Shown in pieces: positions 23,751 through 36,829 of a DNA stretch of 64,000 nt (positions within the stretch are counted from its first letter, which is position 1; every line of letters starts with the position of its first letter). Source of the stretch: Mobula birostris. Its lineage: Eukaryota. Below the pieces are notes generated by a model that was not told where the DNA came from, searched no databases, and saw nothing but the letters and a program-made list of their open reading frames with translations. The DNA is taken from positions 126,622,242-126,686,241 of the forward strand of contig NC_092377.1 of NCBI RefSeq assembly GCF_030028105.1, written 5' to 3'. Both the position numbers and the translations under genes were made by a program.

Positions 23751-26700
23751 ATTTACTAATTTTTACTATTTTTTAAATTTTTAATATTTAATATTTATAA
23801 GCCAGGGAGTGGGAAGCGCAGAATCAAATATCGTCATGATGATTGTAGATTCTAGTATCAATTGTTTGGCGACAATAAAGTATGAATTATGCAAACCACT
23901 ACATTACCATGCCACCCCAAATGGTACACATGTCTTTAACACCTTTTATAGAATCAGAGTCATAGGAACTACAGCACAGAAACAGGTCCTTTGGCCCATC
24001 TAGTCGATGCCAAACCTGCCTGGTTGCATCGACCTGCACCTGTCCGCTGCTCCGCACCCCATACCCCTCCTATCCATGTACATATCCATAATGCTGGAAT
24101 GTTCAAGTTCAACCTGCATCCACATTCTCACCACTGTCTGAGTGAAGAAGTTCCCTCTAATGTTCCTCTTAAACATTTCACCTTCCACCCTTACCTCATG
24201 GTCTCTAATTCTAGTCTCACCAAGCCTCAGTGGAAAAGCCTGCGTGCATTTACCCTAACTATAGTCCTCATAATTTTTTATTCCTCTATCAAATATCCCC
24301 TCATGCTCTTGTGCGCGAGGGAAAAAAATCCTAACCTTTTCAATCTTTCACAGGTCCTCAAGTATTGGTAGCTGTTTGTAAATTTTATCTGTACGTATTG
24401 GCATCTTTCCTGTCGGTAGACGATCAGAACTGCACACAATACTCCCAGTTCAGCATCATCAATCTCTTATCCAGCTTCAACATAACATCCTAACTCCTGT
24501 ACTTAATCGTTTGGATTTATGGATCAGTATTCCCAGAACCCTCTGCCGCACCCTCAGTGTCGTCCCTTTCACCGTGCAGGTGCTCCCCAGGTCTGACCTG
24601 CCAAGGTGTAACACCTCGCATTTCTCTTCATCACATTCCATCTGCCATCTTAAAGGTAATGGAATCAAAGGTTATGGGGATAAGGCAGGAACTGGATACT
24701 GATTGTGGATGATCAGCCATGATCACAGTGAATGGCGGTGCTGGCTCGAAGGGCCGAATAGCCTTCTCCTGCACCTATTGTCTATGGTCTATCTTTCAGG
24801 CCATTTTTCCAGCTGGTCCAGATGTTGCTGCAGTCCAGTGCACATCTAAGTTTGGCATTATGTGCAAATCTGCTATTCCAGTTAACCACATTATGATCCA
24901 AATCCTTGGTGTACTTGACAAGCAACAGCGAGCCAGGAACCTATCCCTGCGGCGCACCACCAGTCACATGTTTTCAGAGAGGGAGACAACCATGTTTGGT
25001 TTCTCCCACAGATCCAATATTGAACTGAATTTACTACCTCACCTTGAATGTCAAGCAATTGAATTTTCTTGTGGAGGGCAATGGCTTCCGAATGGTTTTG
25101 CTAATGTCCATGCAGACAACATCCATTGCTCTGCATTCGTCAACTTTCCCGGCAGCTTCTTCAAATCTCTATAAATTGGTCAGATACATTTTGACTATCC
25201 CTGTCTATCCAAATTCTTATCTTCACAAGAAACAGTATGCCAGTGATATTAAACCTGATGATTCTGTCTCGTTCCTCAGTAGGAGATCCAAGTATTGCGT
25301 AGTCCCTTGTTGGGACATAGAATCATAGAAATTTCAAAGGTTTCAAAGGTACATTTAATGTCAGAGAAATGTATTCAACATACATCCTAAAATGCTTTTT
25401 CTTAGCAACCATCCAGGAAAACAGAGGAGAGCCCCCAAAAAGTGAATTACAGTTAAATGTTAGAACCCCTCTGCCACGCCCTCCAGTTCCCGCCACCCAC
25501 GCGTATGCAACAGCAAAGCAACAATCCTCCCTCTCCCACCAGCAAAAGTAGTATTGGCACCCACCTCCAAGCACTCAAGCGTGCCCCAAAGACTACTCAT
25601 ATTCCACAGACCACAGGCTCTCTCTACCTTCCTAATAAGGGAGAAAATTGGCAGATGCTGAAAATCCAAACACACACCTTATCTCTGGTGGTGTGGCAGG
25701 CAGATAGAGGAGATATAGGGGAGGGCAGCATTGATGATGGAGTAAGGGAAGCCCATTTCTTTGAAGAAGGAGGAGGCGTAGAAATGCCATCCCCCTTCTC
25801 TCAATTCCTCTGCTTCTGCTGTCAGTATGAAGCTTTTCATTATAGATCTACAACTACTTCTTTGACTCTGCAGCCCATACTTCTGTCTTCGGCTCTCCTC
25901 CTCTTCCTGGACACCCCACTCTGGACTTCTGCCTACCCTAGGTATTTTCATTGCTAACTGCCGATGAGAGATCAACTGTCTTGACTTCACTCCTCTCTCC
26001 AATTCTAACCTCTATCCTTCTGAATGTACTGCTCTCCACTCTCACCGCACTAATCCTAACCTCACCATCAAGCCTGCAGATAAGGAGGGCTTGGAGATGT
26101 TGCATCCAACCCCATTGTTCCCTTACACCACATGTCCCGTTTCTACCTCCTACCCAAACTCCATCAACTACCTGTGCAGGTAGACCCATTATTCTTGCTT
26201 GTTCCTGCCCCACCAAACTTGTGTCTGCATACCCCTAGTTCCGTCTGTTCCTACCTACATCCGTTACCATCAGGAAGGAGGTACAGAAGCCTGAAGACAC
26301 AAACAAGAAACAACTTCTCCCCCTCTGCCATCTGATTTCCTAATGGATATTGAATTCATGAACACTACTTCAGTTTTATTTCTGTTTTTGCATTATTTTT
26401 AATTTATATATGCTGCAATTCATTTAATATTTACTTTTCTATATTTTATCATGTAATGCATTGTATTGTTGCTGCTAAGTTAACAAGTTTCACGACATAT
26501 ACTGGTGATAATAAACCTGATTCTGATTCTGACTTTAATTGCTGACATATTTTGCTGAGCTTGTTTTACTTTGCCTTCTCTTCCCATCTCTGAGGGTCTC
26601 ACCATTAATGGTGTACCGTCACTTTAGATTTGATCTCCCAAAGAGCAACACCTCACACTTGATCAAATTAAACTGCATATGCCATCTCTCTGCCCATTTC

Positions 26701-28679
26701 GGTAACTGACATCCTGCTGTGTCCTTTGCCAGACTTCGACACTATCTACAACACCAGTGATCTTCATGTTGTCTATAGACTTACCAAACCACCCATCCAT
26801 ATTCTCACCTAAGTCTGAAACAGTGTAGCTCCCAGACACGTCCCTGCGGAATACCATTACTCACGGGTCTCCCTTGTGTCCCTTAGTCTACCTTCTGTCT
26901 TCTATAAAGCCATATGGCCAATTCACTGTGGATCCCATGCATCTTGATCTTCTGGACAAGCATCTCATGAAGGATCCTGTCAAGTTGATGACTAAAAGGC
27001 ATGCAGACAATATCCACCTACTTCTATCATCCTCGTCACCTCATCAAAAAACTCAAGCAAGTGACACGATTTATCACACACAAAGCCAGAGTGCCTGTCC
27101 CTAATTAGGCAATGGAATTCCAATGCGCATAAATCCTATCCCTGAGCTGCCTTTCCTGTAATTTCCCTACCACTGACGTGAGACTCGCTGGTCTATAGAT
27201 TCAAAGATTGTCCCTGTTTCCCTTCATGGAACAGCATTAGCGATGCAGTAGTCCTGTGGCTAGAGAGGGCAAGGAGATACTGGTCAAAGCCACAGCAATC
27301 TCCTCTCTTATCTCTACCACTAACTTGTGGAATACAACATCAGGCCCTAAGGACTTATCCACCTCAATGTGTTCCAAAAGACCCAACTCTAGCTCCAGTT
27401 GTATATATCGAGGTGCCCCAGTAAATTAGCGCAGTTCACACTGATCTCACTCTCCTCCTTGCTAAATACTGATGGAAATTACACATTTAGGACCTTGTCC
27501 ACATCCTCCATGACCAAATACATGTTCATCCTGAATCCATCAGTGTCCCTACCTCTCCCAGTTATCCTCTTGCTCTTGATGTACGTGGCTTGGATTCTCT
27601 TTAGTTGCACTTGCCAGAGAAATTCTCTAGGGTTTCCTAATTCCCTTCTTGAGTTCTTTACTGGCTTCCTTAGAGTCCACAAGGTCTCTGTTTGACCCTG
27701 GCTTCCTAAACCTTTCTATGTTTCCTTTTCCTTGACTAAAGGACAGGTTGCACTTGAATCCGAGGGGGACCAATATCCTGGCGGGGAGGTTTGCTAAGAC
27801 TATTGGGGAGAGTTTAAACTAGAATTGCTGGGAGGTGGGAACCAAACTGAAGAGACCGAGGAAGGGACGGTTGGCTGTCAAATCGAGAAAGCTTCTGGAC
27901 AGTGTGAGAGGGAGGATAGGCAGTTGATAGAGAAAGGATACGCTCCGACTGATTGTTTGAGATGTGCCTATTTTAGTGCAAGGAGTATGATGGACAAAGC
28001 AGATGAGCTTGGAGCGTGGATCAGCACCTGGAGCTATGATGTTGTGGTGATTACAAAGACTTGGATGGCTCAGGGGCAGGAATGGCTACTTGGAGTGCCA
28101 GGCTTTAGATGGTTCAGAAAGGACAGGGAGGGAGGCAAAAGCAATGGGGACGTAGCAATGCTGACCAGAGATAGTGTCACGGCTGCAGAAAAGGAGTAAG
28201 TGATGGAGGGGCTGTCTACGGAGTCTGTGTGTGTGGAAGTTAGGAATAGGAAGGGGTCAATAACTCTACTGGGTGCTTTTTATGGGCCACCCAATAGTAA
28301 CAGACACATCGAGGAGTTCCACAAGCAGAATTTTCAAGTTACCCACTTCTCCATTTTGATAATTGCTTTATTATTCTGACTTGTACTGAAGAAAAGCGAG
28401 AAGCTTTAATTTGTGTGCTGTCCTGTCTTGAAAGATCATGTCTACATCAGCACATCAATGTACTGCAAATGGGAAACAGAATACATAATAGTGTTAGAGT
28501 TACAGAGAAAATCGGGTGCAGGTAAACAATCAGGGCCACAATGTGCTCATTGGAAGATCGGGATGTCACAAGACTCGTACAAGAGCTCCCACAGATGCTG
28601 CCTGACCTGCTGAATGTTCCCACTATTTCCAGTTTACATTTTCAATATCCATACTCCACTTCCTCACTTTGGGCCAAAC

Positions 28680-29910
28680 ACTTCAATATAACAATAATAT
28701 ATTGTCATAAAGGCAAGATAACTACAATAAATATTTACAACACTGATCCCTCTCACAGCAGGGAGGGATAGTAGGTGTTCACATCCAAGAAAGCAGACTT
28801 TGTCATTCCCACATCCAATCCTTTGAGAGATGTGTGGAAAGGCAGGAATGACTCCCATGAGATTGTGGATTGTGTGAAAAGCCCATGCTTAGTATATGCA
28901 GTTGAATGCCTGGAAGCCATGTTTTACATAACTGACCCAGGGACGCACATGCACCTAGGGGTCCAGAAGTTCTCCCTTACATCGGAGGCCTGGTAGACAA
29001 ACAACCATTAATTCCAAATGGGAATTGGTTGACCTGGAATGTCACAGAACTATACAGGCCCTTCAGCTCCTCCCTGCACAGGAGAATTCAACACCCTCCC
29101 GCAAATTTTTTTTTAAGAAGATAACTATAATGACTGACAACAGCAGTGAGGTAGATGTATCTGCATACACTTTGGTTTGATCTTTGATAGGGAGAACTGG
29201 TCCAGGTGGTGGTGTTGTGGAGGGTGATGAAGTTTGTCAACAATTCACCTTCATCGTAGAAGGGAATTACCAGGATGAAAGGTGTCTTTCGTTATGCTGG
29301 CAGCTTTCCTGAGGCAAGGGGAGTGCAGATGGAGTGTTTTCAAATGGATTGTTAAGTCTGTGTCTCCCCTCCACAGATGCTGTCTGACCAGCTGAGTGTT
29401 TCCATCATTTCCTGATTACATTTCCAATCTCCATCCCCCCCTCCCTCACTCACTCTGGGCTGAACATTTGAATATAACAATAATTGATCATCACAACTAC
29501 AAGTACAATAAATATTTACAACACTGATCCATCTCACAGCAGGCAGGGCTAATTGGTGTTCGCATCGCAGAACACCAACTTCATCATTCCCAGAGGTGTG
29601 GGAAAGGCAGGAATTAGTTGCATGAGATTTTTAACTGTGTGAAACGTCTGTGCTTGGTATACACAGTCCAATGCCAGGATTTACATAGCTGACCCAGGGA
29701 TGTACGTACACCCAGGGGTCCAGTATACCTCCCCCCACCCCCCGACCCCATACATTGGACGCCTGGGAGACAACCAACTGTCAATTCCAACCCAGAATAG
29801 GTTCGCCTGGAATGTCACAGAACTATACAGCACAGATACAGGCCCTTCAGCTAATCTTTGCACAGGGGAATTCCTCCCCTCCACGTCTTTTTTTAAGAGG
29901 TAACTATAAG
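28680..29910. repeat. Two tandem diverged copies (~28680-29120 and ~29465-29900) of an unidentified ~450-bp repeat; inverted third copy at ~4690-5000
   Basis: Shared acaataaatatttacaacactgatcc.tctcacagcagg, gacccaggga and cctggaatgtcacagaactataca blocks. Confidence 0.65.
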
Positions 29911-30112
29911 AATTGACAAGGTTGGCTTGGAAACAGATCGGATGGAAAGCTGGGCAAAGAGAGGCAGACAGAGTTTAACAGAAATGAGGACAAGGTGATG
30001 TATTCTGGGCAGTCAAATTCAGGCAGAACATCCAGAATTAATGATGGGGCACCGGGGGTGTGGAACAGAGAGTTCATGCGATACAATTCCAGAGCCCTTG
30101 AAAGACACTACA

Positions 30113-30890
30113 CTAGTGGTCACCAACCTTTTTAAGCCCAAGATCCCCTACTTCGACCTTAGTGAAAGGCAAAATCTACCTACTGAATCGTGAGAAAAAA
30201 CAGATCAGATTGTACTTCCAATTTGAGGCCTTTTATTTGGGCTAATTACATTTGAATTACACAAAATACTTCTGTCAAATTTCAAATTAATTCAAACAGG
30301 AAAACACTAGCATATAAAACAGGCCATAGCTGTCTTTCTTTAAGAATATTACAACACTTCACACCTTTAGTTCTAAGTTTCATTATTTAATTTTATTTCA
30401 ACACGAAAAATAAATGAATAAAAATTGACTGTTGCACCCAGTGTGATGACTGGGGTTGAATACTTTTTGCTAATTCCCCGAAATTTGGCTCATAACTACA
30501 GACAGCCAGTCTGAGACAGTCTGTAAGGTGTCTGTCAGTAAGACAGTACCCGTACTTGGATTTAATAATTTTCATCTGTGAGAATGCAATTTCACATTGA
30601 TAAGTTGACCCGAAGTAGGCACTGACTTTCAGTGCTATAAAACCAACGCGCACACCGCGCATTGCTGGGGCCCCATCAGTAGTAATTGCCACCAGTTTAT
30701 GAATGGGGATGTCATTTTCACAGACATATTTTTTAAACTCATTGTAAATATCCTCACCTCTCCATCGCTCCTTTAATTGCAAAAGAGTGAGGAAGGCCTC
30801 CTTTGTTGTAAAATCCTGGAAAGCCATTCTGACAAATACAACAAACTGAGCTGTTTGCGTTACATCCAGGGATTCATCGAAATGTCATGA
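30113..30890 (-). mobile_element. Internally deleted hAT transposon (SPIN/GTF2IRD2-type transposase remnant)
   Basis: LVAITTDGAPAMRG fused to FGSTYQCEIAFSQMKIIKSKY...LTDRHLTDCLRLA; TIR-like tagtggtcaccaacc at ~30114. Confidence 0.8.
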
Positions 30891-31274
30891 AAACAACTGC
30901 ACCATGAGACAGGGTGGTGAAGAAGGCGTGTAGCGTAATTGCCTTCAGAGATCAGAGTATGGAATATAAAAGCTGGGATGTTATGTTAGAACTTGGCAAG
31001 ATACTGGTCAGACTGCACTGGAATCACTGTGTATTCAGCTGACTGCACTACAGGAAGGCTGGTCTCACATTGGAGGGAGAGCCGAGGAGATACACTTTGA
31101 TGTTGTCTGGATCGGGTGGTGGGGGCTTTAGTCACGTGGAGTGATTGAACGGGTCAGAGCAGATTCCTCTGGAGTGTCGGAGGCTGAGGGGAGACCTGTT
31201 GGACGTGCTACTTGAGATATCGACACTTCTGATGGTGGGATCTCTCTGTGCGTTGACACCCTGTGCATCTCTAT

Positions 31275-31302
31275 TCAGGCCGACATTCTCTGACGATGTC
31301 TC
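31275..31302 (-). CDS. Gene B exon 6 (tail, W-RHRQRMSA-stop)
   Basis: cctctgttgtacctccag acceptor; phase 2 gives a basic stop-transfer sequence and TGA at 31277-31275. Confidence 0.65.
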
Positions 31303-31469
31303 CTGGAGGTACAACAGAGGGGAGGTCACTGAGAATCTGTTCACCGAGCGACAGAGATGGGTCATGGAGACCGTGAGCGAGGTGGGGCACCGGAGGGACG
31401 GTGAGTGAGGATGCCACAGTTGAGAGAACTGAACACTAGGATTCCCCAGGAAGCAACAAGGTCACTTAC

Positions 31470-31518
31470 CACAGAATGAGAACCAGGGCATCAAGTAGAA
31501 TGACTCCCACCACCACCA
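31470..31518 (-). CDS. Gene B exon 5 (transmembrane with Asp, VVVVGVILLDALVLIL)
   Basis: ttccattctacag acceptor, GTAAGT donor, 49 nt (phase 1 to 2). Confidence 0.75.
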
Positions 31519-32470
31519 CTGTAGAATGGAAATGTTACAATTAGACTGGTTTGACCAGAAAAATACTCGATTGATATGGGAAAGTCTGATACCCATCCTC
31601 CTCCCCACTCCCATGGCTGCATCACCATCCACACCCATCCCGGCCGTACCTCCATCCATCCCATAGTCGCACTTATTCCCGATCTTCACTGCCTTTTGTA
31701 TCTCTCCATCCCCTTTCTAAATCGCAAGTACAGGGTTCCGTAAACATGGTGTCACCGGTAGACAGGATGGTGAAGAAGGTGTTTGTCACACTGGCTTTCA
31801 TCAGTCAAGTCACTGAGTATAGAAGCTGGAACATTACGTTGCAGTCATGCAAGACATTGGTGAGGCTGCATTTGGAATATTGTGTTGGTCAGTGTGTTTC
31901 TAGTTACTTTGAATGAAAGGAGCCATTCAGGGGTCAGTCCAGAAGTTCACAATAACTACTGGGAAGTGTTTGATGTTCCCGGGAGTTCTGAACAAAGAAA
32001 GAAGGGGGTCTCATTGAAGCCTCCTGGATACAGAAAGTCCTGGATTGAGTGAACGCAGGGAGGAGCTTTCCATCAGGATTGCAGGAAACAGCGACAGGAT
32101 AAAGGGACACAAACAAAGTGCTGGAGGAGCTCAGCAGGCCAGACAACATTTATGGAAAAGAGTAAACGGTCAATGTTTCAGGCCGAGACCCTTCATCGGG
32201 AATAGTTTACTCTTTCCATATATGTTGCCTGGCCTGCTTAATTCCTCCAACATTTTGTGCGCATTGCTTGGATATCCAGCATCTGTAGCTTTTCTCTCAT
32301 TTGTGATGGGATAAAGGGAAGTCACTTTGGAAATAAGATGAGGGTTTGTAGAAAGTATTGAATCTGCAGATTGAGACCAAGTCATGAGATGGACAAAGTA
32401 GCCGCTGTGTGTACGTGTATGGTCTCTGCTGCTGTAGCCCATCCACTTCATGGTTTGAAATTTTATGTTT

Positions 32471-33372
32471 TGTGACGAAAGAGGGTGACAAAAGTACACA
32501 TAGACTAAGATGTTAACTGTCCTGTGCTATCACAAGTGGGATCATCAGTTGATCTGCCACCTGTCTTCAGGAGAGAGATAAGTAAGACAATGGAGCAGCA
32601 TTTGGAAACGTTAATGAGGAGACGAGAGAGATTAACGGAAGGAGACACCGGTCTGGGTATTGTCAAGACTGGTTTGCTTTGAACCTGAACTGTTTGAAGT
32701 GATGGACAGGCGATACCCCAACAGGGGGATAAAATGGGACGGGTTCGCTAAGGCAACAGACACCACACACGGCACCATGAGGTAACGAGACCCTGGAAGC
32801 GGTGTGCCCCCACAAGTCGGTGGGAGTTTTTGGAGGACTGATCGCGGGACTGGCCATAGACGCACAGGGTGGAAAGATACGGTCGGCGGGAACCTGGTGC
32901 GTGTCCGCCCTTGCCTGGGTGCTGGGTTCACCACAGAGGAACGATCGTATCTGGAACGGAGGGGTCACAGTTGGTGACCTCAGAAGACATTACAAAGGGC
33001 TTGCCCGAAAGCTAACTGCGAGAAATATCAAAAGTCTGTTGAATCCGATTTGAATATCAGCATTCGCTCTCTCTCTCTCTCTCTCCCCCCAACGGCACGA
33101 CGGCGATTACTGCGAACTGAACTAAACTGAACTCTGTCACTTGTGATTGATCATTTTACCCCTAGACTGCGATAGAGCTTGATTGATCCTATTATCCCAG
33201 TTCTGTGTACATGTGTGTTTATTCAGTGCTAACCTGTTGCATTTATATCCTTACTATTAGAGTACTGTATGGTTTATTTCTTTAATAAAACTTTCTTAGT
33301 TCCAGTAATCCAGACTCCAACTGAGTGATCCATTTCTGCTGGTTTGGCAACCCAGTTACGGGGTACGTAACA
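32471..33372 (+). mobile_element. Solo LTR, same family as 6461-7395, in gene B intron 4
   Basis: tgtgacga...gtaaca ends; long shared blocks such as ccagactccaactgagtgatccatttctgctggtttggcaacccagttacgggg. TSD imperfect (gttt/gtgt). Confidence 0.8.
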
Positions 33373-34232
33373 GTGTTCAGAGATGCTCTTCAACACACCA
33401 CTGCCATAATTTGTAGTTCTTTGACTTACTGTGGCCCTCCTGGCAGCCAACCAGAAAAGGTCTCCCTTTATGCACCCCCCCCCAGCTCTTTGCCTCCTGC
33501 CAGTCAGCCAATCTTCCATCCATTGCAGTATCTTCCATCTAGTACCATGAGCTCTTATCTTGTTTAACTGCCTCTTGTGTGGCAGCTTATCAAAGGTCTT
33601 TTGAAAATCCAAGTAAACAACACCGACTGACTCTTCTTTGTCTATTCTGCCTGTTATTTCCTCAAAGAGCTCCATCAAGATTAGTCATGCAAGAATTCCT
33701 CTGAAGGAAACCATGCTGACTTTGGCCTATTTCATCATGTGCCTGCAAGTATCCAGAAACCTCATCCTCAATCTTCCCAACCAAGGAAGTCGGGCTAACT
33801 GAATGATCATTCCCAATGCCTCAATGTCTTCAGAACCCTGGTGTATCGTCCATGGTCCAGGTGACGTATCTACCTGCAGACCTTCCAGCTTCCCAATCAC
33901 ATTCTCATTAGAAATAGCAACAATACTCACTTCTGCCCCAACACTCTCAGATTTTTGGCATACTGCTGGCGTTTTACACAGTGAAGATTGATGCAAAATA
34001 CCCATTGATTTGATTAGCAATTTCTTTGTCCCCCATTACTACTTTTCCAGCCTAATTTTCCAGTGGTGCAGTATCCACTCTTGCTTCTCGCGAATGTGGG
34101 AGGATGGGACTGAGAATAAAATCAGCCGAGCCAGAATGGAGTAAAGGACTCAATGGGCTGAAACGCCACATTCTGCTTCTACATTCTAGAACAGCTCACC
34201 TCAAACTTCAGGTACAGAGTGGGAAGCCTCAC

Positions 34233-34380
34233 CTGGAATTACTATCTCCATATGTGCAACTCGTAGTGGTGTTCCACACCTGTCATCTGTCTGTCTCAGT
34301 GGACACTGGCATCTGAGATGTAATCTGTGGTGGCATAGACAACTGGTCTACTAGTGTCCTCTGCCTGGGACACTCCACGC
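34233..34380 (-). pseudogene. Gene B exon 4 (stalk) with +4 nt frameshift and in-frame TGA at 34285-34283
   Basis: gtgtttgcag acceptor, CAG|GTGAGG donor, 148 nt versus 144 nt in gene A. Reads GVECPRQRTLVDQLSMPPQITSQMPVSTETDR-stop. Confidence 0.7.
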
Positions 34381-35208
34381 CTGCAAACACAGTGGGTACA
34401 CCTCAGAGCAGAGCTTCGATCCGCGCTTCTCCGAGGTCGGATGAGTCCTGTGGGGAGGAGCGGTGAGCTCGGTGCAAAGGGAGCAAGGGGTGAGCCTGTC
34501 CCATAGAGCTGGTCTGTCCCAGGACTCAGTGACACAATCACACACCATAGGAACATGCCTTTTGGGGACAAACCAACAGAGCCAGTCCCATTGGCTTGTA
34601 TTCATTCTGAAACCTTTCCCATCATGTACCTTTCTGAGTGACTTTTAAACGTTGTTATTGTAACCGGCAACAAACACTTCTGGCTGCTCATTCCAGGTAT
34701 GGACCTTCTGCCGGGTGAAAATGCTGCTTAAAACTCTGCATAACCTTGGAAGGTAGGCTATGTGTATTCACCCCATCCATGTCCCTCGTCATGATAGATA
34801 GATAAATAGAAGACAGCCACATCACTCCCCCACTGTCGAGATGTCCAACACTAGAGGTCAGACATTTAACCAAAATTGGTAAATTTGTAAAATTTTTACT
34901 GTTAATTTTTTTGGAATTCGCAGTGAGTGATGGATTGCTGGAATGTGCTACCAAGGGTGATGGTGGAAGCGGATACAATACAAGAGTTAAAATGTCCTTA
35001 GATAGACACATGAATGTATAGAGAACGGAGGGATATGGACGTTGTGTAGACAGAGGGGATTAGGTTAGTTAGGCATTTAATTAACAGTTCAAGGGGGAGC
35101 ACAGGTGGTCTTCCGTGGACATCCAGATGGGAGACAGGGGAAACGCAGATATTAAGCTATCGGAGTAGTGGGATCCCAGAGTATCGGACCCTCTCCCCCA
35201 GCACTTAC

Positions 35209-35460
35209 CTGATGTGCCGAAGCTGATTTCACAGTAGGTAGTGCGGGGGATAACCCAGCTGTAATTCAAGATAACATGGTCAGCATCCACTCTGGCCTGG
35301 CTGGCGTTTCGACAGCAGAGGCTGTTCCCCTCCCCCCTGGTGCAGACATCTCTGAAGGGTCCTCCAATGTCGTGAAGGTGCAGGCTCTGTGCAGCAGTCG
35401 GAAAACAGGGGCAGCTGAAGGAGCTGGTGTCTGGAGTGAAATGGCAGGTGCCATGCTGAC
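35209..35460 (-). CDS. Gene B exon 3 (84-aa Cys-rich atypical Ig-like ectodomain)
   Basis: ctctcgacag acceptor, CAG|GTAAGT donor, 252 nt open: GQHGTCHFTPDTSSFSCPCFPTAAQSLHLHDIGGPFRDVCTRGEGNSLCCRNASQARVDADHVILNYSWVIPRTTYCEISFGTS. Confidence 0.85.
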
Positions 35461-35529
35461 CTGTCGAGAGAAGTGTATTCCTGGTCAATAGGGTCGGGGG
35501 ATATCATCACCTTTACTTCCCCTCCTTCA

Positions 35530-35995
35530 GCACCCCACCATCCCATCACACAACCCTGGGGTCAAACACAGAGTGAAGCTCCCTCCCCACCATCCCATCC
35601 CACACCCCCAGGCTCAGACACGGAGTGAATCTCCCTCCCCACCATCCCATCACGCACCCCCGGGGTCAGACACAGAGTGAAGCTCCCCCCACACTGTCCC
35701 ATCACATGCTCCGGGGTCAGACACAGAGTGGAGCTTCCCCCACACTGTCCCATCACACACACCCCAGGGTCAGACACAGCGTGAATCTCCCTCCACACCG
35801 TCCCATTACACACTCCCAGGGTCAGACACAGAGTGAAGCTCCCTCCACACCGTCCCATCACACACCCCCAGCGTCAGACACAGAGTGAAGCTCCCCACTG
35901 TCCCATCACACACCCCTGGCGTCAGACACAGAGTGAAGCTCCCCACCATCCCATCACACACTCCCGGGCTCAGACATAGAGTGAAGCTCCCTCTA
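35530..35995. repeat. Minisatellite, ~46-bp unit (ggggtcagacacagagtgaagctccctccccaccatcccatcacacaccc), about 10 copies, filling gene B intron 2
   Basis: Direct tandem repetition is visible. Confidence 0.9.
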
Positions 35996-36012
35996 CACTG
36001 GGGTATACTTAC

Positions 36013-36059
36013 CAAGAACAGATCTGACAGTTATCATGGAGACACAGACTGCAAGGAAT
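36013..36059 (-). CDS. Gene B exon 2 (signal peptide core, RFLAVCVSMITVRSVL)
   Basis: ctttctccctcctcag acceptor, GTAAGT donor, 47 nt (phase 2 to 1). Confidence 0.85.
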
Positions 36060-36829
36060 CTGAGGAGGGAGAAAGGTTGATATCAGGAGTGAGCCATGGA
36101 ACCGGACCAGACCTGTTCAGGTGTGGGGACAGGGCAGCAGGTGCCAATCCGGCCCCCTCCCAGGATATTTCACAGCTCCTGTCCCTCACCCACTGCACAT
36201 TGACACAGCAAATAGATAGGAGTAAGACGTAAGATTCTTTGAGAGAACAGTCAGTCAGCCAGTGGTTCAGCAAGGCAGCTCGGCTCACAGTGGCTAGTCA
36301 GTCGATGAAGGCAAGCACTCAGCCAGACTGCCTCAGTCCAGACAGTCATCCGCGTCCCTGCCCTCGCAAGATGTCTCATGGGCCTGGAGATCACTCTGAG
36401 GACGTCTTCGCCCTCTCAGTTGAGAGTTGTAGACAGAGACACCTGGCGGTATGGGAACGTAATTCACTGATGAGGTCACACAGGTAAACAGGCCGGTGAG
36501 AAGGTGTTTGGCACACTGGGCATCATGTATGATGGAAATGAGCACAGGAGTTGGGACGTCATATTGCAGTTGTACAAGACGTTGCTGAGACCGCACCAGG
36601 AGAATTCTGTGAAGTCCTGCTTACCCAGTTATAGGAAGGATGACATTAAGCTGGAGAGGGTCCAGGAAAGATTTATGAAGATGTTACCAGGACTGGAGGG
36701 TTTGAGTTATGGACAAGGACAGGATGAGAATGTTTTCTCTGGAGCAAAGGGGCTGGGGGTATCTCATAGTTTTTTTTAAATATTGAGGGGCTTTGGTAAG
36801 CCACAGTCTTTCTCCAGGGTGGGGAAAAA

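Noticed and set aside
35530-35995. CRISPR-like or RSS-like array (cacagagtg)
   Set aside because: The whole unit repeats without unique spacers, the DNA is eukaryotic, and the motif is not CACAGTG plus a nonamer. It is an ordinary minisatellite.
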